Part shown: positions 1-12,335 of the stretch, piece by piece
How positions within the stretch are numbered: the first letter of the stretch is position 1
Layout of the letters: the number at the start of each line of letters is the position of its first letter
NCBI GenBank assembly: GCA_035084275.1
Contig: CM068749.1
Coordinates: forward strand, 13,950,001 to 14,014,000
Source: Hydrolagus colliei
Lineage: Eukaryota
Direction: 5' to 3'
DNA length: 64,000 bases
Position numbers and translations under genes: made by a program
The notes under the pieces: model-generated
The model's input: the letters and a program-made list of their open reading frames with translations, nothing else
The model's database searches: none
What the model was told of the DNA's origin: nothing

Positions 1-270
1 TGAATTGAGATATTTGAAAATAACTGGTTTATAAAGTGTGGCTATTAAAATTATTTGTGCAACTTAGAATATTTCAGCACTTTCTGAATACAACGAAAGT
101 AATACAAGATAATACAAGAAAGGTACAAGATTTTATTTTCAGTGAAAAACAAATTTATTGCAATACAGTGTACACATGGAAATCTGATCATCCTAATGAA
201 TTTAATGGGAGCCCTTGTAAACCAGTAAATTGGTAAAGGACCACGGTGTAAAAATTTGTTTCATCCATTT

Positions 271-363
271 AATAATAATCCTTGCATTTAATATAGTGCT
301 TTTCACGTCTTCTAGGGCGAAACACAGCAGCATCCCACAAACAGTCGTGGAATGAAATGACCA
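271..363 (-). mobile_element. SINE 3' fragment with internal deletions
   Basis: Reverse complement of the SINE tail (aataataatccttgcatttaatatagtgcttttcacgtcttctag) joined to cccacaaacagtcgtggaatgaaatgacc; matches full-length copies in this window. Confidence 0.85.
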
Positions 364-3300
364 GTATATTATGTATTACTTCAGACAGTTATAGATGCAA
401 AAGGTGAATACAGTAATAAGGTATATTCAGTAATCTGACTGTAAGAGCTTATTTCCTACAGATTTTTAGGTTATTTGGGAGATTCAAAAGTACAAGCTAT
501 TAATATAACAAATTAAATTTAACATAACGCATCATAATGTGTATGGTTCAAATAGGCCATGTGACATTTGTGTCTGACACTGGTGGACTCCATCTCAGCA
601 CTTAACGGTCTTCAAATCAAACTACTGAATTGCACACGTGCATGGTTTGTGTTTGTCTGAAATGGAATATGCACTGAATAAAAGAACATCAGTTGTCCTC
701 TTTAGGCAGTAGCAAGTTGCAGGAAGCATGCATTCATTAAGATGTCGTGCAGCTGATGCAGAACCTTGTGTGCAGTTCTGTATTGATCAATGTATCCGCA
801 TGGTCAGTTTTAAAGAACGCCAGGGAAGGGGCACTTAAGGATATGTATTTATCATAATTTTTCCTAACTGGGTTTGCAACATTTAATCCACTTGTGGATT
901 GAATCATTTGAACTTTAATTTGGGTTAATTAGCATGGCAGAGTTACAAGTAATACAATGTGGTTTTATCCTCGAGTCGATAGGATGGAAATTGGATTGGA
1001 CTTCCAGGAAAATATGAATCGATTAACATTGGTAACTGATGGAGAACCCAATTTTAATAATTGCACATTTAGCAGTGATTTATACTCATGAAGACATGTC
1101 TCCTTTTGTAAGTCAGTATTTAGGTTTGGTTGCAAAATGGTTCTTGTGTGCTACACACACTTGTAATTCACATACACTACTGATCACAGAATGATCTGAA
1201 CACATCAGTAAACATAGTAATGAACCATATGTCCATGGTTACTTCAGCGATTTTGTGCAGGGTCATGCAGGGTGCATTGCAATTGTACAGGAATGTGTTG
1301 TGGAAATGCATTGAGGAAAGCTATCTTGAGAGCTTCAATACAAGACAGTACCTCATTTTCAGATAGATAAAATTGGTATTCATGTTTTTAAAATATGTTT
1401 TATAATAGAAGTTAACTTTTATAAAGTGTCTTTGTATCAAGAGCCTAGTTATATCAGGAGCAGGCCAATAAAGGGTTGACACTTTGAAGATGAGGAAAAA
1501 CAGCAAGTAAATAATCAGTTCATTTTGAAATTGCTGAGTTTGGGATGATTCAAAAATGGATTAATATGATTAATCCAATGAGATGCTGCATTGTTCCTTA
1601 CTTTCAACAATATGCACTTTGCAAAAGAATAAGTAGTTTGTTTTAGATATCTTGCAATCAACGTGTTTAAGAAAGTAAAATTAAGAGAATTGTGATGTAA
1701 TAGTGAAAGGTAAAGCATGGATATTCTCAGAACTTCAAGGGCAATCACATCCAGTGATAGAATAATTGGTTTGAATTTGGCATCATCACAGTGACAGGAA
1801 AACCAGTACTGTAAAATTGAATCCCAATAGCCTCCATAAAACAAAACAGTTCTTCCTTGCAATCTAAAAAGGACTCAAGCTGCAAAACTGATATCAGGGT
1901 GTGAAATTATTCGGATTGACCATAGTGTCTGAATTGAATTAGGACTGCTCTGATGAATCAATCACAAATTTTATTTGAGAACAAAACTAAATAATCAGTA
2001 AATCAACACATCAAATCAGCCAGTGAGGGTAGGATAGATTGCACTCTGCACGTTTTATATGGTTCTTAACATCCTCTTTCACAGAATATCATGGATGGCA
2101 AGTGCTGAAATGTGATTTTAGCTTTTCTAAAATTAATTTTGCATGTGACTTAATTGAAAAATGTAAAACCTGCGAGTTCATCTATCTACGTGATGTTGAC
2201 ATATTTATTGTGCAGGAAATATTCACTCTGATCACATTCTTAGAACAGGTTAATGTAGAATATTCAAATCACTGTTAATCCCAAAAAATCAATAGGTGTG
2301 CATCCATGGAAAATAATTAAACACAGCTTTAAAAAATAACTTAGCAAATAGAGAAACACACGCAGGAATGCCAATAAAAATGTCAGTAACTGGCAGTTCA
2401 TACACTGTAATCACCTATCAGGTCAATGAACGATATGGTAAATACCTGGCAGATGTCAAGGTGCATCTTGATCCTGAAAAGATTGAGGTCAGTGAGTGGT
2501 TAAAAATGCATTACTCTAAATTAAAAATTCTATTGCATCCGTGGTTGTAGATCTGAATTTTCTGCAAACTTAGTATGGTAGGGATATCTGTGGTATTATG
2601 AAAATTGTAATTCTGCTGATTTCACACCATTCTGTACACCTCAGCTAATGTTGATGACATTCACCTATGCTATTCCCCACAGTCATTGCAAATCATGGAG
2701 AGTGGTCTTAATGATATGCCTAGCTGCTTTTCAACAGTTTGCATAGAGCCACAGTTTACACAGGACTCCACTGCCATTCTCAGAAGATGAGCAGGTATTG
2801 AACTGTCAAACTGGGACCAGACTGAAAACAGCTGATGAATTTTTGATCAGCTACTTTCTAGCATGATATGGTAGACCTGCTCCAAAGCAAACATGATGAA
2901 GATCATCTGATAAATCTAGGATTTTAGATATTCTGCTTTTCATAGTATTTTTGCCAATGATATTAAAAAAAAGAAGCACTTAACACTGTCTGTGATTGGA
3001 TATATTCTCTGCTGTATATAATATTACAAATGATTTGCAGTACGGTTTTGCCAGAATCCAATTAATTCACAGTGTGACTTCAGCCATGGTTGTTAAGTAT
3101 ATTCTGGTCCATTGCCCAGCTCAACTTGCATTACAATGACACTTTTTGCATTCAAAATAAAGTTGAAATTAGTTTTAGGCAAAGCAGTAATTTAATATTG
3201 TTATAGAGAAAGATGCATGTTATTTTTCAGTTAAATATTTGACCATATTTTCGATTAACATCTTAAATCCAGCAGAGAACGTTTTTTTAAAAAAAATTGT

Positions 3301-4925
3301 GCAATACACATTTTTACTTCAACTTCCCCTCTAGGGATTCTGCGTTGGTGTGAACAGACTACTGAATCCTTAGCAATTGAAGCTTGACATTTTTTCACCT
3401 CCTTGTTCCTCTCCTTATGAAAATGCTTAGTTGCCTCTGAGCTGTGCAAGCCTGGTCAAAACTGCATAAATTCAGTGGCTTGCCTTTGGGAGGCAGAAGG
3501 CAATAACACAACCAATTGGAAGTTGTGTTTAATGGCAATATGTCAGAAATGCCAATCACTATGAAGAGTTCCTTACCTGCTGAAGGTGCCAGTTAAGATA
3601 TATCTTTATCTGCTATGCATAATTTCCCACTGTTTCTGCAGACTGCTTTGTTGGTGTTCTAATAATTTGTGAAAATTGACAGCTTTGTACTGCAGTTACC
3701 TGGTGTAAGAAGATATCCAAAATATTCGGTGTTTTAATACGGAGTGGTGACACATAAGCAAACAAATCAAGTTGTTTTATTTTTCACCAGACAATTTGTA
3801 GTTTTTCTCCTTCTAGAGTTGAAGTAGCCAATTGTATGTTTTAATGATTAAGCACAAAGTTAATATTTCCAGTGTAGATAGGAGATGAATCCTGCTATTT
3901 GTTAATTTTTTTAATATAGTGTCTCATAGGATTGGAAGAATAAGGTTGAAATTCACATACAGAATTCCTACAGCTCCTCTTCTACAAGGTTTGCTCCTGT
4001 TTTAGTTACAGTCTGCGTACCATAAAACTTGTTTTATTTTTTTTTACAACCCACTGAGAGCGCTTAGAGCTCAGGCTAACATCACCAATCATGATCTATA
4101 ACTCAGGCTGGGAGGCGAATGGTTGTAAAAGTGCACTAAATCAGAGGCATTGTTTAAAAATGCCACAAGCAATGGGAGATTATTCAGTAACTCATCTAAA
4201 TCACAAAACTAACAAACCATAGCCAACATCCTGCAGTGCTGATAGAAACCTGCCTGGAGGAAGCAATGCTTTTTCACCTCAAGTCTTTATTGCAATGCAA
4301 ATATTTTTCATCTTGAAACTTAAAAATTGCTTCCACATGAATGTTACTTACGGATGATGTGGTGTCTGTTAAATTGAATTCATTTAGGATTGGGGGGGAA
4401 AGAATAATATTGTACAAATCACAAGGTTACACAAGGTATTAGTGCTCCCCAAATGGAAAAATAATGAGCAAAATATAAGAAAAGAATAAATGCCTGAGAG
4501 CATCCTGAGCACTCATTACATTTGAAAACCTTGTGCTCTCACCAAAACATAACAGCATTTTCCGTAACATTAGGTTAAAATCCTATAGTATCAATTGTGT
4601 CAGTTTTGCAATACCTGTATGTCAATTTGTTTTACTGCTCCACCTTTTACATCAGGACTCTTCAGCCTCACAAAGAGACATATCTCAGTAGAGATCTCTT
4701 AGGTACCTTAAATCCTGAATGCAAAATATGGTAGGGTGATTGGGTGAAAGGGTGATTCTGGGTTTGGGAGCTCAGGTCAAGGACAATTTGCCTCAAACAT
4801 AGGGAATGGGAAACAGCTGAAGTAATTATATGCAGAGAAAAAAATCATGGTTCTCGTTGGTTTGGAAATATTGTTTTGTTTTGCAAATGCATGTTTATAT
4901 AGAATAAATGGATATTTTTGATTTC

Positions 4926-5150
4926 CAGTGAAAGTGCGTTTATCCGGCACCCTATCAACCCGAAGTTATCCGGCACCCGGTAACTTCCGTATAACCGACA
5001 TCATTAAAAAAAGTCCGCATTCGATTAACCGGAATTTATCCGGAAAAATGCATTAAAAAAAAAATCTTGTGTTTTCATCCAAATATCCAGCACACGCTTT
5101 AACTGGCATTGGCCAGGTCCCAAGGGTGCAGGATAAACAGGCTTTTACTG
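4926..5150 (+). mobile_element. Tc1/mariner (pogo/Tigger-like) MITE, family A copy 1
   Basis: TIRs cagtgaaagtgcgtttatccggcaccct ... agggtgcaggataaacaggcttttactg followed by TA; homologous to 5171-5381 and 31787-31979. Strand arbitrary. Confidence 0.85.
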
Positions 5151-5170
5151 TAATGCTCTTTTGGTGTATA

Positions 5171-5381
5171 CAGTAAAAGCCCATTTATCCAGCACCCTCA
5201 AGACCTGGCCAATGCCGGTTAAAGCGCATGCCGGATATTCGGCCAAAAACGCACCCCCAAAATTTTAAATGCATTTTTCCGGATAAATTCTGGTTAATCG
5301 AATGCAGGACTTTTTTTTTGAGGTGCTGGTTATACAGAAGTTACGGTTCTGATCTGGTTCCGGATAAACAGGCTTTTACTG
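5171..5381 (-). mobile_element. Tc1/mariner MITE, family A copy 2 (inverted relative to copy 1)
   Basis: TA|cagtaaaagcccatttatcc ... ggataaacaggcttttactg|TA; interior is the reverse complement of copy 1. Confidence 0.9.
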
Positions 5382-5396
5382 TATATAGTATAAGTA

Positions 5397-6090
5397 CAGG
5401 TACCCCGCTCCAACCGCGGATTTTTCTACCGCTAATTTCACTTATCCACGGTTGGCTCGCTGCACAACCCTTGCTAACCACGGCAATGGTTATTGCTTAA
5501 CTCTTGCTTAACACTAACACTAGCGTTTGGCACTAGGACCCACGAGGTCACTTCGCGCTAACATCTGGTGCTAGGACCCATGTCGTAATCAACCAGCGAG
5601 ATGTCACTTCTCTCTTAGGATTAAGGTAAATAACATGAATTTATTGTTGCTTCTCCACATCCCCCACCTCCATTTCACCCACACCACCTTCTCCACATCC
5701 CCCCACCCTCAGTGTCACCCACCACACAATCTTCTCCGCATCCCCCCCCTCCATGTCACCCACCACCTTCTCTGCATCCCCACCCCTCCATGTCACCCAC
5801 CACACCACCTTCTCTGTTGATTTCTCTCTCTGTCTCTCTCTCTCTCTATGTCTGTGTGTAGATCAGTCAGTCAGTCAGACAGCCTCGCGGATTGCTGCAG
5901 ATCCTGGCAGCCAATGCACCCAAACTTACTCCCCATATCCTCATATTTCCCATAGGGCCCTGCATTTTCCAACCGTGACAAAACAAATGTACTCCCTCTA
6001 TCCCCGTATTTCCGGAAGGCCCTAACCGTGGTTTTACCAACCGCGGAGGTTTTCAGGAACATATCCCCCGGGGTTGGGGAGGGGTACCTG
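5397..6090. mobile_element. Tigger/pogo-like non-autonomous DNA transposon, family B
   Basis: TA|caggtaccccgctccaaccgcgg ... ccggggttggggaggggtacctg|TA: ~23-bp imperfect TIRs with TA target duplication. Confidence 0.85.
5650..5815. repeat. C-rich minisatellite (~40-bp unit, ~4 copies) inside the family B element
   Basis: Repeats of ttctcc(a/g)catccccc..ctccatgtcacccaccacaccacc; followed by a (TC)n tract at ~5823-5848. Confidence 0.85.
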
Positions 6091-6668
6091 TATACCAAAA
6101 CCACACTGAGTGTTCCACATATATATGTCACTATGTCCCTATGTCTGGGAATGACTGTGTACTTTCACCTTGAAGGAATGCACCCTATATACACTATTGT
6201 GGAAATTTCTGTTTTGGGTACAGGTTGGTAAGAGACAAGTCTCAGAGTATACGTTGGGGTTCTGCCGGTGCTTAACCAGCTAAAACAGCTTAGTGAGAAG
6301 CATACTGCTGCCAATTCTATTCACATATTATCAGTAGGTTATTAACTGTTCTGAATGAAATAGAATATTGTAAGTACCTGTACAAAGTTCTGCATTCTGA
6401 AAGTCTTAAGATAGAGCCAAATATCATGTGTAGTAATATCAGCAGAAAGTAATACGTTTAATATATAGTCTCCTTCCTGCTAATAGGTTAATAGTGATTG
6501 AGTTCAATTTTTTCTATTATTTAATTCCTGTTTAAAAATTAATCATATGCTGAAACACATATGAAGGTAATGATATTCAAAAAGGCATTTGAAAGCTTTT
6601 TGGATGCATTGTGAGATCTTGTGCTCAGAAAGACATTGTTCAAATACTCCGAATACAGTATTACGAAC

Positions 6669-6861
6669 AAAAACAGAAATCACTGGGAACAGTCAGCAGG
6701 TCAGGCAGCATCTATGGAGAAAGGAAAAATGAGTCAACGTTTTGGGTCCACGACCCTTCGTTAGTATTTTTCCTTTCTCTATAGATGCTGCCTGACCTGC
6801 TGAGTGTTCCCAGTGATTTCTGTTTTCGTTTCAGATTTCCAGCATCTGCACTAATTTGCAC
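6669..6861. mobile_element. Penelope-like element terminal remnant arranged as an inverted repeat
   Basis: 6669-6730 is the reverse complement of ~6766-6827 (gatgctgcctgacctgctgagtgttcccagtgatttctgtttt); the spacer holds a degenerate hammerhead core on the minus strand; homologous to 32213-32350. Confidence 0.75.
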
Positions 6862-7325
6862 TTTTGTTACTCCTAATATTATATTTAGCCGTAACATTCA
6901 GGTGATCGGTGTTATCCAATTACATGTTAAAGCACTGAATAGCCTCAATATACTACATGTGGTGGTTAGTATTAATCTGTAATTTTGGAAAATTGTTCAG
7001 TTCATTCTTAATTTGGATCTCCTTAATAGGATCCAAGTTCCAAGTTACGAATGCAGTTTGAGGAAAATTCCCTTTTACATGGAACAGACTTAAAAGCTGA
7101 ATGATTTGCTTGTGTTGCTATGAGATCATTTTGGCAACATAATTACTGTATGATTAAACTAGAGAGTGCAGAGTTGACTACTTTTAGCACAAATTAATAA
7201 ACCCTTGGTGAACCCGATTTTATTAACTGGGAGAAAGATGTGTATTATGCAAGAAGGAAACAAAACACCAGCAAACTCAACTTGCCTGGAGCTCAAAGAA
7301 GGAAAGGAGCCAAAACAATACACTT

Positions 7326-7652
7326 TAATAATAATAATATTCCTTGCATTTGATATTGCGCTTTCCACATCTTATCAATGTCCCAAAGCGCTTCACAGAA
7401 TATACTGTAAAGTGAATTGACTGTATGTATTTGTGGGCGAATGGCGGCAACCAATTGCGCACTGTAGTGTCCCACAAACAGTCGTGGATTGAAATGACAA
7501 TTTTATTATTGTGGTTTTTTTGGAGGGATTATTATTAGGCGTGTGGAGTAAGGAAACTTGCCCAAGGTTTCATTCTGACCTGCCTGGATTCGAACACAGG
7601 TCTCCCCAGCTTGCAAGACAAGTGCTCTAACCACTGAGCCACAGGAACTCCA
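7326..7652 (-). mobile_element. Full-length tRNA-derived SINE (Deu-related body, L2-like tail)
   Basis: Minus strand has box A (TGGCTCAGTGG), box B (GTTCGAATCC), shared body and (ATT)n tail. Confidence 0.95.
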
Positions 7653-8409
7653 TTTGTACAGAGCTCCACAGGAGATCTATACAAACATGCCATTCTGCAC
7701 CATTGGCTGGATCAGGCGTACAATAATCCGAGCCACAAATTGATCCCGTAAGAAATATGTGTCTTCAGCTTGGCAAACAAAAGCGTAGGATGTGGACGCA
7801 TTCAACCTCTCTTCTCAATGCGGTTGGTTTTATGTACATAGAGAAAAGTGTGTTTTCCACAATTTTAAACACCTAAATGCAATACACTTGTCGAGTAAAC
7901 ATGCAGCATGCCATTGAAAAATATCACTTTATTGATAAATTATAGTGTGTTGTGGTCCAAAACTTCAACCTCCATTTAGAAAACACTTGGGCTTCCCGAA
8001 ACCTCTGAGCGATGATGTGGGAAATGTGGTTTGTGTAGTGTTTGCTTTTCAAGAATAACCGGTGTAAGCTCACAGCCAAGCGGTTTTGTTTTATTTAGTA
8101 TAAATGTGCTCATTTGGAAGAACTTACTAATCACAAGAAATCTAACAGAGAAGGTACACATTTGTTGTATTTTTTCTGCGTTTCAAAATGCAACTTGTGT
8201 TACTATTGATTCAGGTCTTGATCCTTGCTTAAAGCCTATTTCACGTACAACAATTCCCTGACTCTGTTCTCCCCAACAGGGAGTTGCCATCAATTCCTCC
8301 CTTCCTGAAGGAGATATTATCCTTGTGAACAACTCAGATGAAACATATCCAAAATCATCAAGATGTACACATTAAATAAGACACACTTTTGACTCTGATA
8401 TGAATTCAA

Positions 8410-8800
8410 AGGTGATAACTTGGAGCCCAGGACTGAGTATGTCAGTCGTAGACTGCCCACATTAAGGTCGCACCACCATTGACCTACTATAGCTAAGGTT
8501 CATGTCAACAGGGAGCAAAAAACTTAGTAGCCTTCATCCAGGCGTGCCTGTCATGCACATCTCAGGTGACAGATGCTCTTGTTGGGTAAGCATGTCCTGA
8601 TATCTGTTTTCATGGGTCAGTGGAGCAGTAACAACAGGTCAAATATAATGTCTAACAAATACAGTATCGAGTTTTTCCAAAGTCCTGGACTCAATTGATT
8701 GTACAAATGTAGCCATCAGACTAGCAGTCTGTAATCGGAACAACCTTCAGAAAATGGTGCCATGCAGTGAAAACACAAGACTGTCTAGGAAGTTGTGTAC
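8410..8800 (+). mobile_element. Decayed PIF/Harbinger (HARBI1-like) DDE transposase fragment
   Basis: Manual translation from 8461: IKVAPPLTYYS*GSCQQGAKNLVAFIQACLSCTSQVTDALVG*ACPDICF...; after a frameshift SFSKVLDSIDCTNVAIR. Resembles Harbinger motifs AL.FYA.GSFQ, QVTDAL and GFP.V.GAIDCTHVAI (first catalytic Asp). Confidence 0.75.
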
Positions 8801-8854
8801 AATATCATTACTCGAACCCACTTTATTCCCGAGGAATTAGGATCTCTTATTCCC

Positions 8855-9018
8855 TGTGCTTCTTTGAAAAGCAAATTAAATAGATTTATTTCTGGAAATA
8901 ATATCTTGGGATACAGTATATAGTTTGGGATATAATACGTACATGGCGACTGCCGGGATGGTGGATGGCAAACTGGATGGACCTTGGCTTTCTTTCGTCT
9001 AACAATTCTTATACTCTT
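8855..9018 (+). mobile_element. CR1-type LINE 3' end fragment
   Basis: End-of-ORF2-like tctttgaaaagcaaattaaatagattt, then ctggatggaccttgg ... ttcttatactctt tail. Confidence 0.55.
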
Positions 9019-9206
9019 CTCACTTTGTATTGTGTGAATAGACTTCTTGTTCCCCTACCTCATGTGGCATGATAAGGCCGTATATGTGTTCAGTTATTTT
9101 TGCGCAAATTTCTACTACAGTCTCTTTTGAACTCTCAGATCTATGCTGTAACAAATTGCAGCAGATAAAAGATTTGCTGCAGGAAACAGTATTTCAACTG
9201 ATTTAT

Positions 9207-9310
9207 TAATAATGAAAATTATAATCCTTGTATTTGATATAGTGCCTTTTCACATTATTGAGACATCTCAAAGCGCTTCACAGAATATACTGTAAAGTAA
9301 ATTAACTGTA
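9207..9310 (-). mobile_element. SINE 3' fragment, in tandem with the next copy
   Basis: ataatccttgtatttgatatagtgcc ... aagcgcttcacagaatatactgtaaag matches the SINE tail. Confidence 0.9.
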
Positions 9311-9611
9311 AACAATAACAATAATCCTTGCATTTGATATAGCGCTTTTCACGTCTTCTAGACATCTCGAAGCGCTTCACAGAAAATACTGTAAAATGAA
9401 TTGACTGTATATTTGTGGGTGAAATGCAGCAGCCAATTGTGTACAGCAGTGTCCAACAAACAGTCGTGGATTGAAATGCCCAATTCTTTTTTGAGGAATT
9501 GTTATTAGGTGTGTGGAGTAAGGAAACTTGCCCAAGGTTTCGCCCTGACCTGCCTGGATTCGAACATAGGTCTCAGGTGAGTGCTCTAACCACTGAGCTA
9601 CAGGACTCCAC
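9311..9611 (-). mobile_element. Full-length tRNA-derived SINE
   Basis: Head GGAGTCCTGTAGCTCAGTGGTTAGAGCAC and box B GTTCGAATCC on minus; body and tail intact. Confidence 0.95.
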
Positions 9612-10127
9612 AAATGTATACATTGTTGTTGTTATGTTGTGGACAAAATAAAACTGGTTTATTAATTAATCAACCTCAACAGTTTCAGTTAAATTGTTTA
9701 GTTTACACCCTTGGGGAAAAAAGCTCTCTCACACATTGCTTCTATGTTGACTCCCTGCATGCACTCTATTCACTTTGGTATCTGTGCCGCTTTCTAGGAT
9801 ATACTTTCTAGGGAAAGGACAGCCTGAAATCTTTCTTTAGTTATATTTCAGTGATATATACATACAATGATATTCTCCAGTATCTACTGGAGCAATTTAA
9901 CGCTGTAGTTTGAAGAATACTTCCTCTTTCTTTCTGGTTAAGACTTTATTTCTTTCCCTTTCACAATTCATTACCTTTTTTTTATTACAATCTGAGCCAA
10001 CATCAATCTATTCAGGAATGCCTCACCTTCACTCAAACTGCTTTTGACTATAATTTTTTTTTTACCTGTTATTTTTTCCTGTGTTGTGACATCTTGGCAT
10101 TTAAGTACCTTTATCCACATCTTCATT

Positions 10128-10490
10128 ACAACAGCAACAAATTACATTTGTGCAGCTCCTTTCACATTGGAAAGACATCCCAAGACACCAACCTCTCACC
10201 AGACACCGCAACTCCTCCTTGCACAAGATGCAGACTATTCAGGCTTCTGTAGTCTATGTCCCCTTCCACATTAGACTCCATGGGATAATCATCAAGCGGC
10301 TACACTGGTTGCCCAATCCCCAGCAGTTTAAATTCAATGTCCTTGTCCTTATTTTCAAAGGCCACTATAGTACCAAACTACAACCTTCTGGGACCTTAGT
10401 GTCCTGGCAATTCTCTGTGCTCAGCAAACACTGGACTGCTTCATGTCCCGTGTCCGATTCGCTCCACCATCAGCCATTCTGTTTCATTCT
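10128..10490. mobile_element. L2 LINE fragment: minus-strand tail plus plus-strand ORF2 piece
   Basis: 10128-10187 is a reversed L2 tail (acaacagcaacaaattacatttgtgcagctcctttcac); ORF 10150..10560 contains KRLHWLPNPQQFKFNVLVLIFKG, the L2 LHWLP..RI.FK motif. Confidence 0.7.
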
Positions 10491-10895
10491 CTGGACTCTC
10501 GGACAGTTGTGCAAAATGCATTGGGCTAGTATTGTTGAACACAATTCAATAAGTCAATGAGGGAAAATTCAGCCACACAGCTCTTTGGTGTGAATTATGT
10601 TAACATAACCAGAAAAGAATCATTGCAGAATCTGTTAAATGTTCTCTTAGGAACAATGCCAAATAGGATTTAAAATAAGTCTTCTTATCTTATCACAAAC
10701 CACTTGTATTCACTTAGCTGTGTCCAGTCAGTATGCCAAATTTACAAATTCAGATATTTTCTATCCTTCACTTTATTTAACACGTAAAAGGGATGACCAA
10801 AAATATCAGGTTCACAATATTCACTGGGGTAATCAGTTATAGGTGATAAAAGCTTACATTGGATCCAAGTTGTTAAGCTTCTCTCAAATCGCTTT

Positions 10896-11197
10896 TAATA
10901 TTAATAATCCTTGCATTTTGATGTAGCGCTTTTCACATCTTCTAGATGTCTCAAAGCGCTTCAAGATTAGAGGGTAAAGTGTATATTTGTGGGTAAAATG
11001 CGGCAGCCAACTGCGCACAGCAGTATCCCACAAACAGTCGGATTGAGTGACCAAATTATTATTGTTTTTCTTTGGAGGGAATATTGTTAGGCGTGTGGAG
11101 TAAGGAAACTTGCCCAAGGTTTCACCCTGCCTGGAATCGAACCCAGGTCTCTCACTTACAAGGTGGGTGCTCCATCTACTGAGTTACAGGATTCCAC
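10896..11197 (-). mobile_element. Full-length tRNA-derived SINE
   Basis: Same head, body and tail as other copies. Confidence 0.95.
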
Positions 11198-12273
11198 AGA
11201 CATATCTGCACATGTCTTTTAGCACATATCTGCTCAATGACCCTGACTCGCAAGACTTTGGTAGCTTTTTACTTCCTTCTAGTTTTTGCAATAACACAAT
11301 TTTTTTGCAATAACACTCAAGCACCAATTAGCTATTGGGGTAGTATTTTGACCCCAAATTGTCTTTCTATCTCCTACTTAATATTTATCTCCTCGAATAT
11401 TATAATCCCTGCCAAAAAACCTTCTGAACCAGCATCTAACCATTCTAAAATGAGATCCCCAGGAAAATCAATCTAATAGTTGTAACATCTAGGTTCCATT
11501 GGAATTATTTAGTTTGTTTGAGTGCCCTTTTCACATGTCAGTTTGAAACTCTTCTGATCTTGATCTCTTCTAATGGTTCGCTGACAATCATTCACATCCA
11601 AATAATCTCACCTAACTCTCAGGTGTCCTGTTAAAAGCTAATTCTAGAGGTTTCTTCTGAAATCACGGCCAATTATTTTTGCAATCAGGCATTCAGCTAC
11701 TGAAGTGGTTTCATTAAATATTTCCATCCATTAGACTGTGCACTTTCCTGGTTACAAATTTGCTCTGTGTTTTGCAATAATATACCGAATCCTAGTTCAT
11801 TCACATTACAGTGTATCATACATTGCTTAGATTCAAGAATATCTATCCTGTATATAGATATTCATTAGACATTTAGGTCAAAACCAATCCCAAGACATTT
11901 CATTAATCAAAAGGGCAAGTTTTGCCTCTAAATAACTGTCAAGCGAACCTCTTCTGTACGGTCTTATAAGCAACAAATTTAAGAATGTATCTGTACCATA
12001 AGGAGTCACTCGTCGCTAGAAAAGATTATTATGATACATTGCTTGACTATAAAATGTAGACAATTTCCCTTCTTTTAAATCTTTTTTGCAGGTCTACTAT
12101 TCACCACATTCCATCACAGAGCCATTGACTTGGTCCTTTGACCTTTGTCAGAGCTGCTGTGCAAAGAGCCACGAGTTGCAGTCAGATTTGTCTCTCCTTT
12201 GACAGAAAGGGCTCAGTGTCTCCACTTGTACAAGTATGCATGCTATGGTACAACCTAAGACAGAGACTAGCAC

Positions 12274-12335
12274 CAACAACAACTTGCATTTGTGTAGCAC
12301 CCTACACACAGGGTAGAGTCCCAGAACGCTTTAAC
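12274..12335 (-). mobile_element. L2 extreme 3' tail fragment
   Basis: caacaacaacttgcatttgtgtagcaccc ... agaacgcttta; similar short tails at ~12570-12625, 13470-13535, 15271-15335, 29605-29670 and 56365-56415. Confidence 0.65.

Noticed and set aside
1515-1862. 115-aa ORF preceded by an acceptor-like tttttag
   Set aside because: No recognisable domain and no matching donor; likely chance.
5650-5815. CRISPR-like repeat array
   Set aside because: Head-to-tail minisatellite without unique spacers, inside a eukaryotic transposon; no cas genes.
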